DNA of 58,344 nucleotides from Eubacteriales bacterium (GTDB lineage Bacteria; Bacillota; Clostridia; Oscillospirales; CAG-272), in the NCBI GenBank assembly GCA_045532985.1, contig JAZSGY010000018.1, positions 1 to 58,344 of the forward strand. The letters are read 5' to 3'. The translations under genes and the position numbers were made by a program. Below the pieces are notes generated by a model, which was not told the DNA's origin, made no database searches, and was given only the letters and a program-made list of their open reading frames with translations. Below are positions 37,214 through 46,542 of this stretch, piece by piece (within the stretch, counting starts at the first letter, position 1; each line of letters starts with the position of its first letter).

Positions 37214-39563
37214 CCTCTGCTCCTTTCTTTTTCAAAACGGTTCGTTCACAAATGCAGTATCCTGCAATCAGCACCAATGAGCATACCGAAAGAACCAAGC
37301 CGACGGTAGCTCCGCGTGCGCGGTAAGTCAAGGTTACGGTATGCGCGCCCTCCTTGATCGGGAAGGTGATATAACCGTCCCGATCCTGCGTGAAGGGAGT
37401 GCGCTCCCCATCAATTTCAAGAACGAAGTGTCCGTCAAACGGGATAGACGTGATCGCTTGCATATCCGACGGGGCAAGAAGCTCCGCTGTGATCCTCGCA
37501 CCGTCGCGTCCGACGGTGGACGCCGTGTCAGAGAGCAGGGAGAGGGCGGTATCGACGTCCTCCTCCGATACGGTAAAGAAGGGGGAGAAGTTGTCGGGGA
37601 AATAAAGGATCGCGCCCTCGTTGAGCGTAAGAGAGATCAGATATTCCTCGTCCTCCTCGGGCGTTCCGATATAAAGAGCGCCGTTCTTATAATCGAGGGC
37701 GGTGCCGTTGACCGTCAGGACGAGGCTCTGCTTTTCGGGAGAGGGAAGCTCGAAGTAGAGCGCGTCGCCGTTGCCCTTGACCGAGAACAGCATAAAATCC
37801 TTTGGATTTTCCGCACGGTACAGCGTATATCCCTCTACCGTTTGTTGCTCCAGCTCGTCCAGAAAGTTTTCGGGTCTTGCGTATGCAGGCACCGTTACGG
37901 GATCGGCAAGTGAAAAGGGGGTGTCGAGGATCGCCGAGAGTCGCTCATTCACACGGGCGGCGGCGGATAGAGAGGAGATCGTCGAGCCGACTCCGCAGGC
38001 GTACGGTGTCGCACGCAAAAAACGGGAAAGAGGATCGGCTGCCGTATTTGCAGAGGAGGTGACGGATTGAATAAGGACGTCGACGGCTTGCAAACTCGGT
38101 GCGCGGTCAAGCGCAAGCGTATCCTCTACGTCCCCGTACGGCTCTGCCGTGCGCTCGTATAACAGATTTTTCGAGAGGGCATACGCGCAAGAAAAGGAAG
38201 AGATGCATACGGCACAAAGGAGGGCGACGGCGGTATATCGGCGCAGTTTTGCCGACGTGCGCTCAAAGCCGATATAAAAACAGACGGTGACGGCAAGCCC
38301 CGAAAGGATCGGGAGCCACACGCCGTAAATATCGTGAAGGACGAAGTAGGTAAGCTGATCGGCAGAGGGAAATTCAACGTGTAGCTTTTGAAAAAGCGTC
38401 AAAAGGAGAAGCAGACCGCCGAAGGAGCATAAAACGACGGCGCGTCCGCGCGCGCTTGCGCGGCGGGGCATCGCTTCGGATACGAATAAAAGTGCAAAAA
38501 AGAGCAAAAGAACGCTCCCGTATGGCGGAAGATATCCAAACGCAAGGTTAAACGACAAAACTTTATAGATCGGAAAAAGTACGACGCCCGACAGAAGAAT
38601 GAAAAGGAACGCCCCCGACGCTATGCGGCGAAGGAGCGGGAGTCGCTTCGTCGCGAAAAAGACGGGCAAAAGCAAAAGCACGGGCGTGCCGAGCGAGAGT
38701 AGAAGCGCGCCCCCCTCAAAGGGTACGAAGCTGCCCGAAAAAAGCGTGGTCAAAGCAGATGAAAAAGGAATCGTGAACCAACGGAAATCTGCGGTTACCG
38801 ACCGCTCCGCATACAAAAGGAGCGCAGGAATGACACAGACAAGCGAGAGCGTCACGCCGCCGACGGTAAAGCCTAGCGTGTAGAAAAGCGTCGATCTGCG
38901 AAAGGATGCCGATGCAAAGGCATATAGAAGAAGGATCGCAAAAAAGAGGATCGCGCGCGGCTCGGATGCGAGGGCAAGCGCAAGCACGAGCGCGTAGACA
39001 ACGCCGAATCTCCTTTCTCTTGCAAGCAAAAATGTGAGAAAAAGCAAGGGCAGATAAAGTGCGAAATCAGAATAAACGAGCGCAGAGGCAAGCGAGAGCG
39101 TGGGAGCGCCCAAGGCGTAAAGAACCGAAAAGATCGGCAAAAAAGCAATCGGCAGGCGCGAGGCGCGACGTAAAAGGAGAGCGGTGAAAAGTCCTGCAAA
39201 TCCGCATTTTAATGCGGAAATCAAGGATAGCGCCGAGACGATCCCGCTTTCCTTAACGAGGATCAAAAGGTAAGAGAAGGGCGAGGCGGCGATGGAGAGC
39301 ACGTCCCCCGAAGCTGCACCGCCAAGACCTGCGGCGTAAAAAAGCGAGCCACCGCTTTTCAGAAAACGGTGAAAGGCGACGTAAGAGCGGAAGAGCCCGT
39401 CGTCCGCAACGAACGCGGTCTGCTCACCAAAGGGGGCGATATCAAAGCGCAGGAGCAAAAGCAGATACAGAAAAAAGGGAAGGAGAAAGCACGCCGCGTA
39501 CACGCCGTATTTCATTGTGCAGGGAACGCGGCATCGGGAGATCCTTATCGTCAATTTCTTCAT
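37194..39563 (-). CDS. YfhO family membrane protein, paralogue of 34315-37029
   Basis: It has the same architecture as the other yfhO gene and alignable blocks (GGSLFYAAGLGG...ASPFSYL...LISALKCGFAGLFTA). I chose the start at 39563 (MKKLTIRI) because GGAG lies 6 nt upstream. The alternatives 39584 and 39515 cannot be excluded. Confidence 0.75.
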   Translation of the reverse strand: MKKLTIRISRCRVPCTMKYGVYAACFLLPFFLYLLLLLRFDIAPFGEQTAFVADDGLFRSYVAFHRFLKSGGSLFYAAGLGGAASGDVLSIAASPFSYLLILVKESGIVSALSLISALKCGFAGLFTALLLRRASRLPIAFLPIFSVLYALGAPTLSLASALVYSDFALYLPLLFLTFLLARERRFGVVYALVLALALASEPRAILFFAILLLYAFASASFRRSTLFYTLGFTVGGVTLSLVCVIPALLLYAERSVTADFRWFTIPFSSALTTLFSGSFVPFEGGALLLSLGTPVLLLLPVFFATKRLPLLRRIASGAFLFILLSGVVLFPIYKVLSFNLAFGYLPPYGSVLLLFFALLFVSEAMPRRASARGRAVVLCSFGGLLLLLTLFQKLHVEFPSADQLTYFVLHDIYGVWLPILSGLAVTVCFYIGFERTSAKLRRYTAVALLCAVCISSFSCAYALSKNLLYERTAEPYGDVEDTLALDRAPSLQAVDVLIQSVTSSANTAADPLSRFLRATPYACGVGSTISSLSAAARVNERLSAILDTPFSLADPVTVPAYARPENFLDELEQQTVEGYTLYRAENPKDFMLFSVKGNGDALYFELPSPEKQSLVLTVNGTALDYKNGALYIGTPEEDEEYLISLTLNEGAILYFPDNFSPFFTVSEEDVDTALSLLSDTASTVGRDGARITAELLAPSDMQAITSIPFDGHFVLEIDGERTPFTQDRDGYITFPIKEGAHTVTLTYRARGATVGLVLSVCSLVLIAGYCICERTVLKKKGAEDEDHSL

Positions 39564-39677
39564 AACTGCTCCAAACGGTTTCAAGGTTATTTACATAAAT
39601 ATAATTATACGCGTATTTGACGCCGATGTCAAGCAAAAGAATCGGCTCGGAAAATTATTTTTTTCAGCAGACGGATT

Positions 39678-39710
39678 TTGACATAATCCGCACGCATCCT
39701 CGCATATAAT
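39678..39710 (+). promoter_or_regulatory. spoIIG-type promoter with an over-long spacer
   Basis: TTGACA (39678-39683), a 21-nt spacer, then TATAAT (39705-39710). It lies 50 nt upstream of the spoIIGA ATG. Near-0A-box sequences sit at 39616-39622, 39627-39633 and 39677-39683. Confidence 0.55.
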
Positions 39711-39759
39711 GGTGGCAGTCGCTTCGGCGACGGACGAAGGATTTGAAAGGGAAGCTCAA

Positions 39760-40641
39760 ATGCAGGTCGTATACGGTGACGTGTTGTTTCTGATCAATTT
39801 TTGTATGGATCTTATCGCGCTGAATCTGTGCGGGCTTTTACTGCACGCAAGGCGTCGCCGCCTGCGGCTTTTGATCGCCGCCGCGATCGGCGGGGTCTAT
39901 TCGGTTGCCTCGGTCTTTTTTGAGGGGAGCGATGCGCTGACGCTTCTGCTTTCTCTGGCGGTGGCGGCGGTGATCTGCGCGGTCGCTTACGATTTTTCAA
40001 GTCTGCGGCGATTTTTCAGCATCATTGCCGCATTCTTTAGCCTGTCCTTCGCACTCGGCGGTGCGATCACAGCGCTTTATCAGCTGCTTGCCCGCCTTTT
40101 TAAGGAGCAGCCACTCCCCGCGGATTTCGGAGGGCGTATGACGCTGTTCATCGTGATCTCCGCTCTTGCATCGGTCTTGGTCTTTCTGATCCAGCGTGCG
40201 CTGTCGAAAATGACCGAGCATACGGTAGCGGAGCTTTTGATCAGCATCGGAGATAAAAGCAAGCGCCTGAGTGCTCTGCTTGACAGCGGCAATCTTTTGC
40301 GCGATCCTGCGGGCGGAACACCCGCGATCGTGCTTCGCTTATCGAGCGTGGCGGAGATCCTTCCCGCGGATATACGCCGTTTTGCGCAGGGCGGTATACA
40401 CCGAATGATGGGAAATCTGTCGAGTGACAGTATGCGACGCATTCGACTGATCCCTGCGGGTGGGATCGGAAAGCAGGAGCTTTTGCTCGGCGTGCGCGCG
40501 GACAGCATCCGCATTCTGACGGTTCGGAAAAACGGAAAGACAGAGGAAAAAGAGGTGGAGGCGATCCTCGCACTCTCTTGTGATAACGATGCGGATCTTG
40601 GCGAATTCGATGCCATTGCTCCCGCATCCTTAGCGGCGTAA
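39760..40641 (+). CDS. spoIIGA: sigma-E processing aspartic protease SpoIIGA
   Basis: The start at 39760 ([21 protein letters not shown]) gives 5 TM plus a C-terminal domain with the [11 protein letters not shown] motif. It lies directly upstream of sigE. Confidence 0.9.
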   Translation: MQVVYGDVLFLINFCMDLIALNLCGLLLHARRRRLRLLIAAAIGGVYSVASVFFEGSDALTLLLSLAVAAVICAVAYDFSSLRRFFSIIAAFFSLSFALGGAITALYQLLARLFKEQPLPADFGGRMTLFIVISALASVLVFLIQRALSKMTEHTVAELLISIGDKSKRLSALLDSGNLLRDPAGGTPAIVLRLSSVAEILPADIRRFAQGGIHRMMGNLSSDSMRRIRLIPAGGIGKQELLLGVRADSIRILTVRKNGKTEEKEVEAILALSCDNDADLGEFDAIAPASLAA

Positions 40642-40663
40642 TCTTTATCTTTGGAGGATAGAT

Positions 40664-41389
40664 ATGAAACGGTTCAGGGCTTGGTTTTGTCGGATGTTCA
40701 TAAAGCTGCGCTCCTTCTTTTTACGGCGAAAAAGGAGCTGGGGGCAGGTCTATTATATCAACGGAAGCGAGGTCTTGCCCGCTCCCCTCAGTCAGGAGGA
40801 GGAAGCGGAGATTCTTGCGGCGCTGGAGGAGGACACCTCACTGCGTGCCGTTCTGGTCGAGCACAATCTGCGGCTCGTCGTTTACATTGCCAAAAAATTT
40901 GAAAGCACGGGGATCTGTATCGAGGATCTGATCTCGATCGGCAGCATCGGACTGATGAAGGCGATCAACACCTTCCGCGCGGACAAAAACATCAAGCTGG
41001 CGACCTACGCCTCGCGCTGTATTGAAAACGAGATCCTGATGTATATCCGCAAAAACAGCGCAAGACGCAGAGAGGTCTCCTTTGACGAGCCGCTGAACGT
41101 CGATTGGGACGGAAACGAGTTGCTTTTGTCCGACGTGCTCGGAAGCGAGCCCGACGTCGTATGCCGCCGTATAGAGGAGGACGAGGAACGCAAAATGGTG
41201 CGCGGCGCGGTCGAGGGGCTCGAGGAGCGTGAGCGCGTGATCATTGAGCTTCGCTACGGAATGAACGGCGGACGGGAGAAAACGCAGAAGGAGGTTGCGG
41301 ATATGCTGGGGATCTCCCAGTCCTATATTTCGCGCCTTGAAAAGAAAATTATGCAAAGACTGCGCCGTGAGATGGCAGGAAAACTCTAA
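40664..41389 (+). CDS. sigE: RNA polymerase sporulation sigma factor SigE (pro-sigma-E)
   Basis: 241 aa. The pro-sequence is followed by [18 protein letters not shown]. Sigma-70 regions 2 and 4 are present (GLMKAINTF..., [21 protein letters not shown]). Confidence 0.93.
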   Translation: MKRFRAWFCRMFIKLRSFFLRRKRSWGQVYYINGSEVLPAPLSQEEEAEILAALEEDTSLRAVLVEHNLRLVVYIAKKFESTGICIEDLISIGSIGLMKAINTFRADKNIKLATYASRCIENEILMYIRKNSARRREVSFDEPLNVDWDGNELLLSDVLGSEPDVVCRRIEEDEERKMVRGAVEGLEERERVIIELRYGMNGGREKTQKEVADMLGISQSYISRLEKKIMQRLRREMAGKL

Positions 41390-41417
41390 AAAAGAAAAAA
41401 CTTTTTTCAAAAACCCC

Positions 41418-41446
41418 TTGCAAAACTAAAAAACGTGTGTTATAAT
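41418..41446 (+). promoter_or_regulatory. putative sigma-A promoter of rpmE
   Basis: TTGCAA (41418-41423), a 17-nt spacer, then TGtTATAAT (the -10 is at 41441-41446). Confidence 0.6.
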
Positions 41447-41486
41447 AGGGCGTATTGTGAATAAAATTCTAAGCGAGGTGTAAAAA

Positions 41487-41690
41487 ATGAAAGCTGGAAT
41501 TCATCCCGAATATCAGGAAGCAACGATCAAATGTGCTTGCGGTGCAACCGTTGTAACTCGTTCCGCTAAGGGCGATATGAACGTAGAAATCTGCTCCAAG
41601 TGCCATCCTTTCTTCACCGGAAAACAGAAGTTTGTTGATGCCGGCGGACGCGTTGATAAGTTCAAGAAGCGTCTTGAAATGGCGAAATAA
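41487..41690 (+). CDS. rpmE: 50S ribosomal protein L31 (Zn-binding type A)
   Basis: 67 aa: MKAGIHPEY...CACG...[12 protein letters not shown]. Confidence 0.95.
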   Translation: MKAGIHPEYQEATIKCACGATVVTRSAKGDMNVEICSKCHPFFTGKQKFVDAGGRVDKFKKRLEMAK

Positions 41691-41700
41691 TGCAAGCAGA

Positions 41701-41734
41701 AAAAGGCGTGGGGTAAAACCTCACGCCTTTTTTC
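41701..41734 (+). terminator. rho-independent terminator after rpmE
   Basis: The stem pairs ggcgtgggg with cctcacgcc around a 5-nt loop and is followed by T6. Confidence 0.8.
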
Positions 41735-41752
41735 GCTGAAACGGAGGTTTTT

Positions 41753-43000
41753 ATGGAACGCAATCAAACTGCACAAAAGGCAATCTTGGTCGGGATCGCC
41801 GCGAAGGCGGGCGACCTTTTGTCGGTTGAAAAAAGCCTCGACGAGCTGGAGCGCTTGCTGGAAACGGCAGGCGGAAGCGCGTTTGCCCGCTTGGTGCAGG
41901 TAAGGGACGCAATGGACGTGCGCACGGGGATCGGTAGCGGAAAGGTCGATGAGCTGCGCGCGCTCGCTTCGGCAAACGAGATCGGGCTTGCGGTCTTTGA
42001 TTTTGAGCTGTCACCCTCGCAGATCCGTAATCTTGAGGACGCTCTTGACGGCGTATCGGTCATCGACCGCAGTATGCTGATCCTTGACATTTTTGCCCTT
42101 CACGCCGTCAGCGGAGAAGGAAAGATACAGGTAGAGCTCGCACAGCTCAAATACACCGCTCCGCGTCTTGTCGGCAAGGGCGGCAGTCTTTCGCGTCTTG
42201 CGGGCGGTATTGGCTCGCGTGGCCCCGGTGAATCTCAGCTCGAGCTTGACCGCCGCCATCTGAAGCGCAGGATCGACGCGCTGGAGGCGCAGATCGCCGA
42301 AATGGAGAAAAACCGCGCCACGATGCGCGCGGCACGTATAAAAAGCGGGATCCCCACCGCCGCGATCGTCGGATACACGAACGCGGGGAAGTCCACTTTG
42401 CTCAACCGCCTGACGAATGCAGGCGTGCTTTCCGAGGATAAGCTGTTCGCAACGCTTGACCCGACGACGAGGCGTCTGACACTTCCGAGCGAGGAGGAGA
42501 TCCTTCTGACCGATACGGTCGGCTTCATCCGCAAGCTGCCGCATCACCTGATCAAATCCTTCCATTCAACGCTTGAGGCGGCGGCACAATCGGATATCCT
42601 GATCCTCGTTGCCGATGCCTCGGATCCCGAATGCGGGGAGCAGATCGCCGTTACGCAAGCCTTGCTGGAGGAGCTTGGCGCCGCCGATAAGCCCACGCTT
42701 CTCGTCTACAACAAGTGTGACGCGGTCGACGGGGAGCTTCCGTCGGCGCAGGGACAAACCGTCTATATGTCTGCGAAGGACGGATCGGGGCTCGATGCCT
42801 TTTTTGCGGCACTCGAGCAGACCCTGGCGGCAGGAAAGCGCCGCCGCGAATTGTGTTTCCCCTATTCCGATCAAGGGCGCATCAGTGGTCTTTACGACGT
42901 GGCAAGGGTCGAGAGCGTCGAATATGCCGATGACGGCGTCCGCGTCGTTGCAACGATGGACGCAAAGACCGAGGGGCTTTACCGTAAGTATATTGTCTGA
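41753..43000 (+). CDS. hflX: GTPase HflX
   Basis: 415 aa with G1 (GYTNAGKSTLLN), G3 (DTVGF) and G4 (NKCD) motifs and the HflX N-terminal domain. A GGAGG RBS lies upstream. Confidence 0.92.
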   Translation: MERNQTAQKAILVGIAAKAGDLLSVEKSLDELERLLETAGGSAFARLVQVRDAMDVRTGIGSGKVDELRALASANEIGLAVFDFELSPSQIRNLEDALDGVSVIDRSMLILDIFALHAVSGEGKIQVELAQLKYTAPRLVGKGGSLSRLAGGIGSRGPGESQLELDRRHLKRRIDALEAQIAEMEKNRATMRAARIKSGIPTAAIVGYTNAGKSTLLNRLTNAGVLSEDKLFATLDPTTRRLTLPSEEEILLTDTVGFIRKLPHHLIKSFHSTLEAAAQSDILILVADASDPECGEQIAVTQALLEELGAADKPTLLVYNKCDAVDGELPSAQGQTVYMSAKDGSGLDAFFAALEQTLAAGKRRRELCFPYSDQGRISGLYDVARVESVEYADDGVRVVATMDAKTEGLYRKYIV

Positions 43001-43016
43001 AAACGAGGGAACTTCA

Positions 43017-43640
43017 ATGGAAGCGTATACCACAGTGCGGCAGCACGGAACTGCCGAGATTGAGGAAAGAAAGTCAGTCTTTATCGGCAACGCCGCGCCG
43101 GTCGAGAGTGAGGCAGAGGCGATCGCCTTTATCGAAAGGATCCGTGCCTCTATGCCCGATGCACGCCATCACGTTTACGCGTATCTTCTGCGTGCGGGAA
43201 ATACGACGCGTTACAGCGACGACCACGAGCCGCAGGGTACTGCGGGTATGCCCGTGCTTGAGGTGATCCGTAAGGCGGGATGCACCGATACCGTCATCGT
43301 CGTCACGCGCTATTTCGGCGGCATTTTGCTTGGAACGGGCGGGCTTTGTCGCGCCTATACCGCCGCCGCCGTTGCGGCACTCGGTGCGGCAGAGATCGTT
43401 ACACGCCGCCCTCTGACCGAGCTTGCCGTCGAGTGCGGATATTCCGAGTATCAGAAGCTTTTGGCGGAATTTCCCCGTATGGGTATTATGGTCGACGGGA
43501 CCGATTTTGCACAAAACGTTTGCGTAAGACTCGCCATTCCGAGCGAGAATACGGCGGTTGCTGTTGAAAAAATGACGGAGATCTGTGCAGGCAGGCTCAA
43601 AACCGAGGAGATCGGCTGTCGCTTTGACATTTTTTCGTAA
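43017..43640 (+). CDS. yigZ: YigZ/IMPACT family protein (UPF0029)
   Basis: The start at 43017 (MEAYTTVRQHGTAEIEERKSVFIG) gives 207 aa with the blocks ARHHVYAY and DDHEPQGTAG. The ORF-track start at 42609 overlaps hflX. Confidence 0.85.
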   Translation: MEAYTTVRQHGTAEIEERKSVFIGNAAPVESEAEAIAFIERIRASMPDARHHVYAYLLRAGNTTRYSDDHEPQGTAGMPVLEVIRKAGCTDTVIVVTRYFGGILLGTGGLCRAYTAAAVAALGAAEIVTRRPLTELAVECGYSEYQKLLAEFPRMGIMVDGTDFAQNVCVRLAIPSENTAVAVEKMTEICAGRLKTEEIGCRFDIFS

Positions 43641-43717
43641 TTTCAAGGCTAAAAAAGTGTTTTTCGGTTTTTGGCCGTATTTTAAAGTAAAATGTTAGTT
43701 TTTTGAAAGGAGAGCGT

Positions 43718-44728
43718 ATGGAAAGGATCAGTGACGTCTTTTTAAAAAGAGAAGCGGAAAGCCTTTCTCGCTATGCATTCCTCAGCGCAAGCACGGCGGG
43801 GCGAATGACTCCCTGTGAGCCGTCGGATATGCGTACTGAATTTCAGCGCGACCGCGACAGGATCTTACATTCCAAGTCCTTCCGACGCTTGATGCATAAA
43901 ACGCAGGTCTTTTTATCGCCGCGCGGCGAGCATTATCGCACGCGTATGACGCATACGCTTGAGGTTACGCAGATCGCGCGCATCATTGCCCGCGCGCTCC
44001 GCCTCAACGAGGATCTTGCAGAGGCTGTGGCAATGGGACACGACCTCGGTCATACCCCCTTCGGTCACGCTGGAGAGGTGGCGATGCGCCGTTGCTTTGA
44101 TCCGAATTTCGCACATTACGAGCAAAGCCTGCGCGTTGTCGATCTTCTCGAAAACGACGGAGAAGGGCTGAATCTTACCTACGAGGTTCGGGACGGAATC
44201 GTAAATCACACGGGCGAGCATATGGCAAAAACGCTTGAAGGTGTGGTTGTCAAATATGCAGACCGAATTGCATATATCAATCACGATATAGACGACGCAT
44301 GCAGGGCAGGGATCCTGCATCCAGAGGATATTCCCGCGGAAATACGCGCCGTTCTCGGCGACGGATACAGTGAGCGTATCAATACGCTCGTCAGTGCCGT
44401 GATCGACGGAAGCGCCGATCAACCGAAGATCGGAATGACTGAGCCCGTCGGCACGGCAATGGATTCGCTCCGCTCCTTTTTGTACGCAAACGTATATTCC
44501 AATTCCGCGGCAAAGGCGGAGGATGCGAAGGCACAGGAGCTTTTGCACCGTCTGTACGATTATTTCGTAGAGCGGCCTGAGCAAATGCCGACCCTTTACT
44601 TCAATAACATTGAACGCGACGGCGTCGGTCGCTGCGTTTGCGACTTCATTTCGGGAATGACGGACCGCTATGCGGTCGAGCTTTACAATAAGCTCTTCGT
44701 TCCGCAGGTATGGGGGCATAACGCATGA
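43718..44728 (+). CDS. dGTP triphosphohydrolase-like HD-domain protein
   Basis: The ATG at 43718 follows an AAGGAGAG RBS. Blocks are FQRDRDRILHS..FRRL..KTQV, RMTHTLEVTQIAR and HDLGHTPFGH. Confidence 0.88.
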   Translation: MERISDVFLKREAESLSRYAFLSASTAGRMTPCEPSDMRTEFQRDRDRILHSKSFRRLMHKTQVFLSPRGEHYRTRMTHTLEVTQIARIIARALRLNEDLAEAVAMGHDLGHTPFGHAGEVAMRRCFDPNFAHYEQSLRVVDLLENDGEGLNLTYEVRDGIVNHTGEHMAKTLEGVVVKYADRIAYINHDIDDACRAGILHPEDIPAEIRAVLGDGYSERINTLVSAVIDGSADQPKIGMTEPVGTAMDSLRSFLYANVYSNSAAKAEDAKAQELLHRLYDYFVERPEQMPTLYFNNIERDGVGRCVCDFISGMTDRYAVELYNKLFVPQVWGHNA

Positions 44729-46503
44729 TCAGAAACGAGGTTTTGAGCGAGGTGCTCGCACGCACCGAGATCGAGGGACTCATCTCGGGCTACGTGACGC
44801 TACGCCGCGCAGGGTCGAATCTGTCGGGACTTTGCCCCTTCCATAGTGAAAAAACGCCATCCTTTACGGTTTTTCCCGCTACGAATAGCTTCTACTGCTT
44901 CGGATGCGGGGCGGGCGGCGACCCCGTCACCTTCGTGCGCCGCATTGAAAATCTCGATTTCGAGGACGCGGTCGAATTTTTAGCGAAGCGGGCGGGCATC
45001 ACGGTTTTGCGGGACGAGGGACGCCGCCGTGCGGACGAGCCCCGATTTGACCGCAATCGCTTTTACGAAATGAACAGGGATGCCGCGCGCTTCTTCCACA
45101 GCGCTCTTTTTGCGGATACGGACGATGCGCGGGCGGCACTTGCTTACTTTAAAACGACGCGCGGACTCTCCGATGCAACGATCAAGCATTTTGGGCTCGG
45201 TTACGCGCCGAACAGCTTTGACGCGCTGACGAATCATCTTTTGAAAAAAGGGTATACCGAAAAAGAGCTGATTGCGGCGTATCTGTGTGGGAAAAGTGAG
45301 AAAAACGGAAGGCTATACGATTCCTTCCGCAATCGCGTGATGTTCCCGATCATTGACGTAACGGGCAACGTGATCGCCTTCGGCGGCCGCGTCATGGACG
45401 ACAGCAAGCCGAAATATAAGAACACGTCGGACACTCCCGTGTTCAAAAAGAGCAAGCATTTGTTTGCCCTCAATTATGCGCGGCATACGTGCGGTGAACG
45501 TTTGATCCTATGCGAAGGATATATGGACGTAATCGCCCTGCACGTTGCGGGCTTCACGAATGCCGTTGCGACGCTCGGTACCGCCATTACGGCGGAGCAG
45601 GCACGTATTATGAGCCGATATACCAAAAAGGTCATTATCACGTACGACAACGACGAAGCGGGACAGCGAGCCTCCGACCGCGCGATCAAGATGCTGGAGG
45701 AGGTCGGAGTCGACGTTCAGCTGCTTCGCCTTTCGGGTGCTAAGGATCCCGATGAGTATATCCGCACCTTCGGCAAGGAAAGCTTTGCAAGGGTGCTGGA
45801 TGCAAGTCGCTCGAAATTTGAATACAATTTTGAGCGCGTGCTTTCTGCACACAACATTGCCGTTCCGCAGGAGCGCATCAAGGCGTTAATGGAGCTATGT
45901 GCCATCATCGCGGAGATCTACTCCTCGGCACAGCGTGAGGTCTATATCAGCGAGGTCGCAAAGCGGCTTGAGATCGAGGATCTGAACAGCATTCGCACCG
46001 AGGTCGAGCGTATGCAAAGGCGTGCCGTGCGTGAGAAAAAGAAAAACGACGACCAACAGATCCGCCAGAACACGGTTGGCTACGGTGACCGCGTCAATCC
46101 CGATTTCGCAAAGGATCCGGGAATCGCAAGAAAGGAAGAAGCAGTCCTCGGTCTTTTGATGCTCTATCCCGAGCATCGCAAGATCGCCTTTGCCGATCCG
46201 CCGCTGTTGACGGAGGAGGACTTCTTCACAGCCTTCGGACGGCGCGTGTTCTGCTTCATCCGTGACGCCGAGCGCGAGGACGGCTTTGAAAATGCGTCCC
46301 CTGATGCCGTATTTGCACCCGAGGAGGTCGGGCGCATGATGAAAATGAAGCTTGCGAGAATGCAGCTGACCGAAAACGGGGAGGCTGTTTTCAGAGAAAG
46401 CGCCGAGCTTTTACGGCTTGACGTGGCAGAACGGCGGGACAGTGAAACGGTATCCTCCGTGGAGGATCTTACGGCGTTTCTTGAGCGGATGCGCGGGAAA
46501 TAG
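44725..46503 (+). CDS. dnaG: DNA primase
   Basis: 592 aa with the zinc finger CPFHSEKTPSFTV...YCFGCGAGGD and the TOPRIM motifs EGYMDV and YDNDEAGQ. It overlaps the upstream gene by 4 nt. Confidence 0.95.
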   Translation: MIRNEVLSEVLARTEIEGLISGYVTLRRAGSNLSGLCPFHSEKTPSFTVFPATNSFYCFGCGAGGDPVTFVRRIENLDFEDAVEFLAKRAGITVLRDEGRRRADEPRFDRNRFYEMNRDAARFFHSALFADTDDARAALAYFKTTRGLSDATIKHFGLGYAPNSFDALTNHLLKKGYTEKELIAAYLCGKSEKNGRLYDSFRNRVMFPIIDVTGNVIAFGGRVMDDSKPKYKNTSDTPVFKKSKHLFALNYARHTCGERLILCEGYMDVIALHVAGFTNAVATLGTAITAEQARIMSRYTKKVIITYDNDEAGQRASDRAIKMLEEVGVDVQLLRLSGAKDPDEYIRTFGKESFARVLDASRSKFEYNFERVLSAHNIAVPQERIKALMELCAIIAEIYSSAQREVYISEVAKRLEIEDLNSIRTEVERMQRRAVREKKKNDDQQIRQNTVGYGDRVNPDFAKDPGIARKEEAVLGLLMLYPEHRKIAFADPPLLTEEDFFTAFGRRVFCFIRDAEREDGFENASPDAVFAPEEVGRMMKMKLARMQLTENGEAVFRESAELLRLDVAERRDSETVSSVEDLTAFLERMRGK

Positions 46504-46542
46504 GATGAATTGTAAAAAAACGATACATAAAGGAGATATGCT

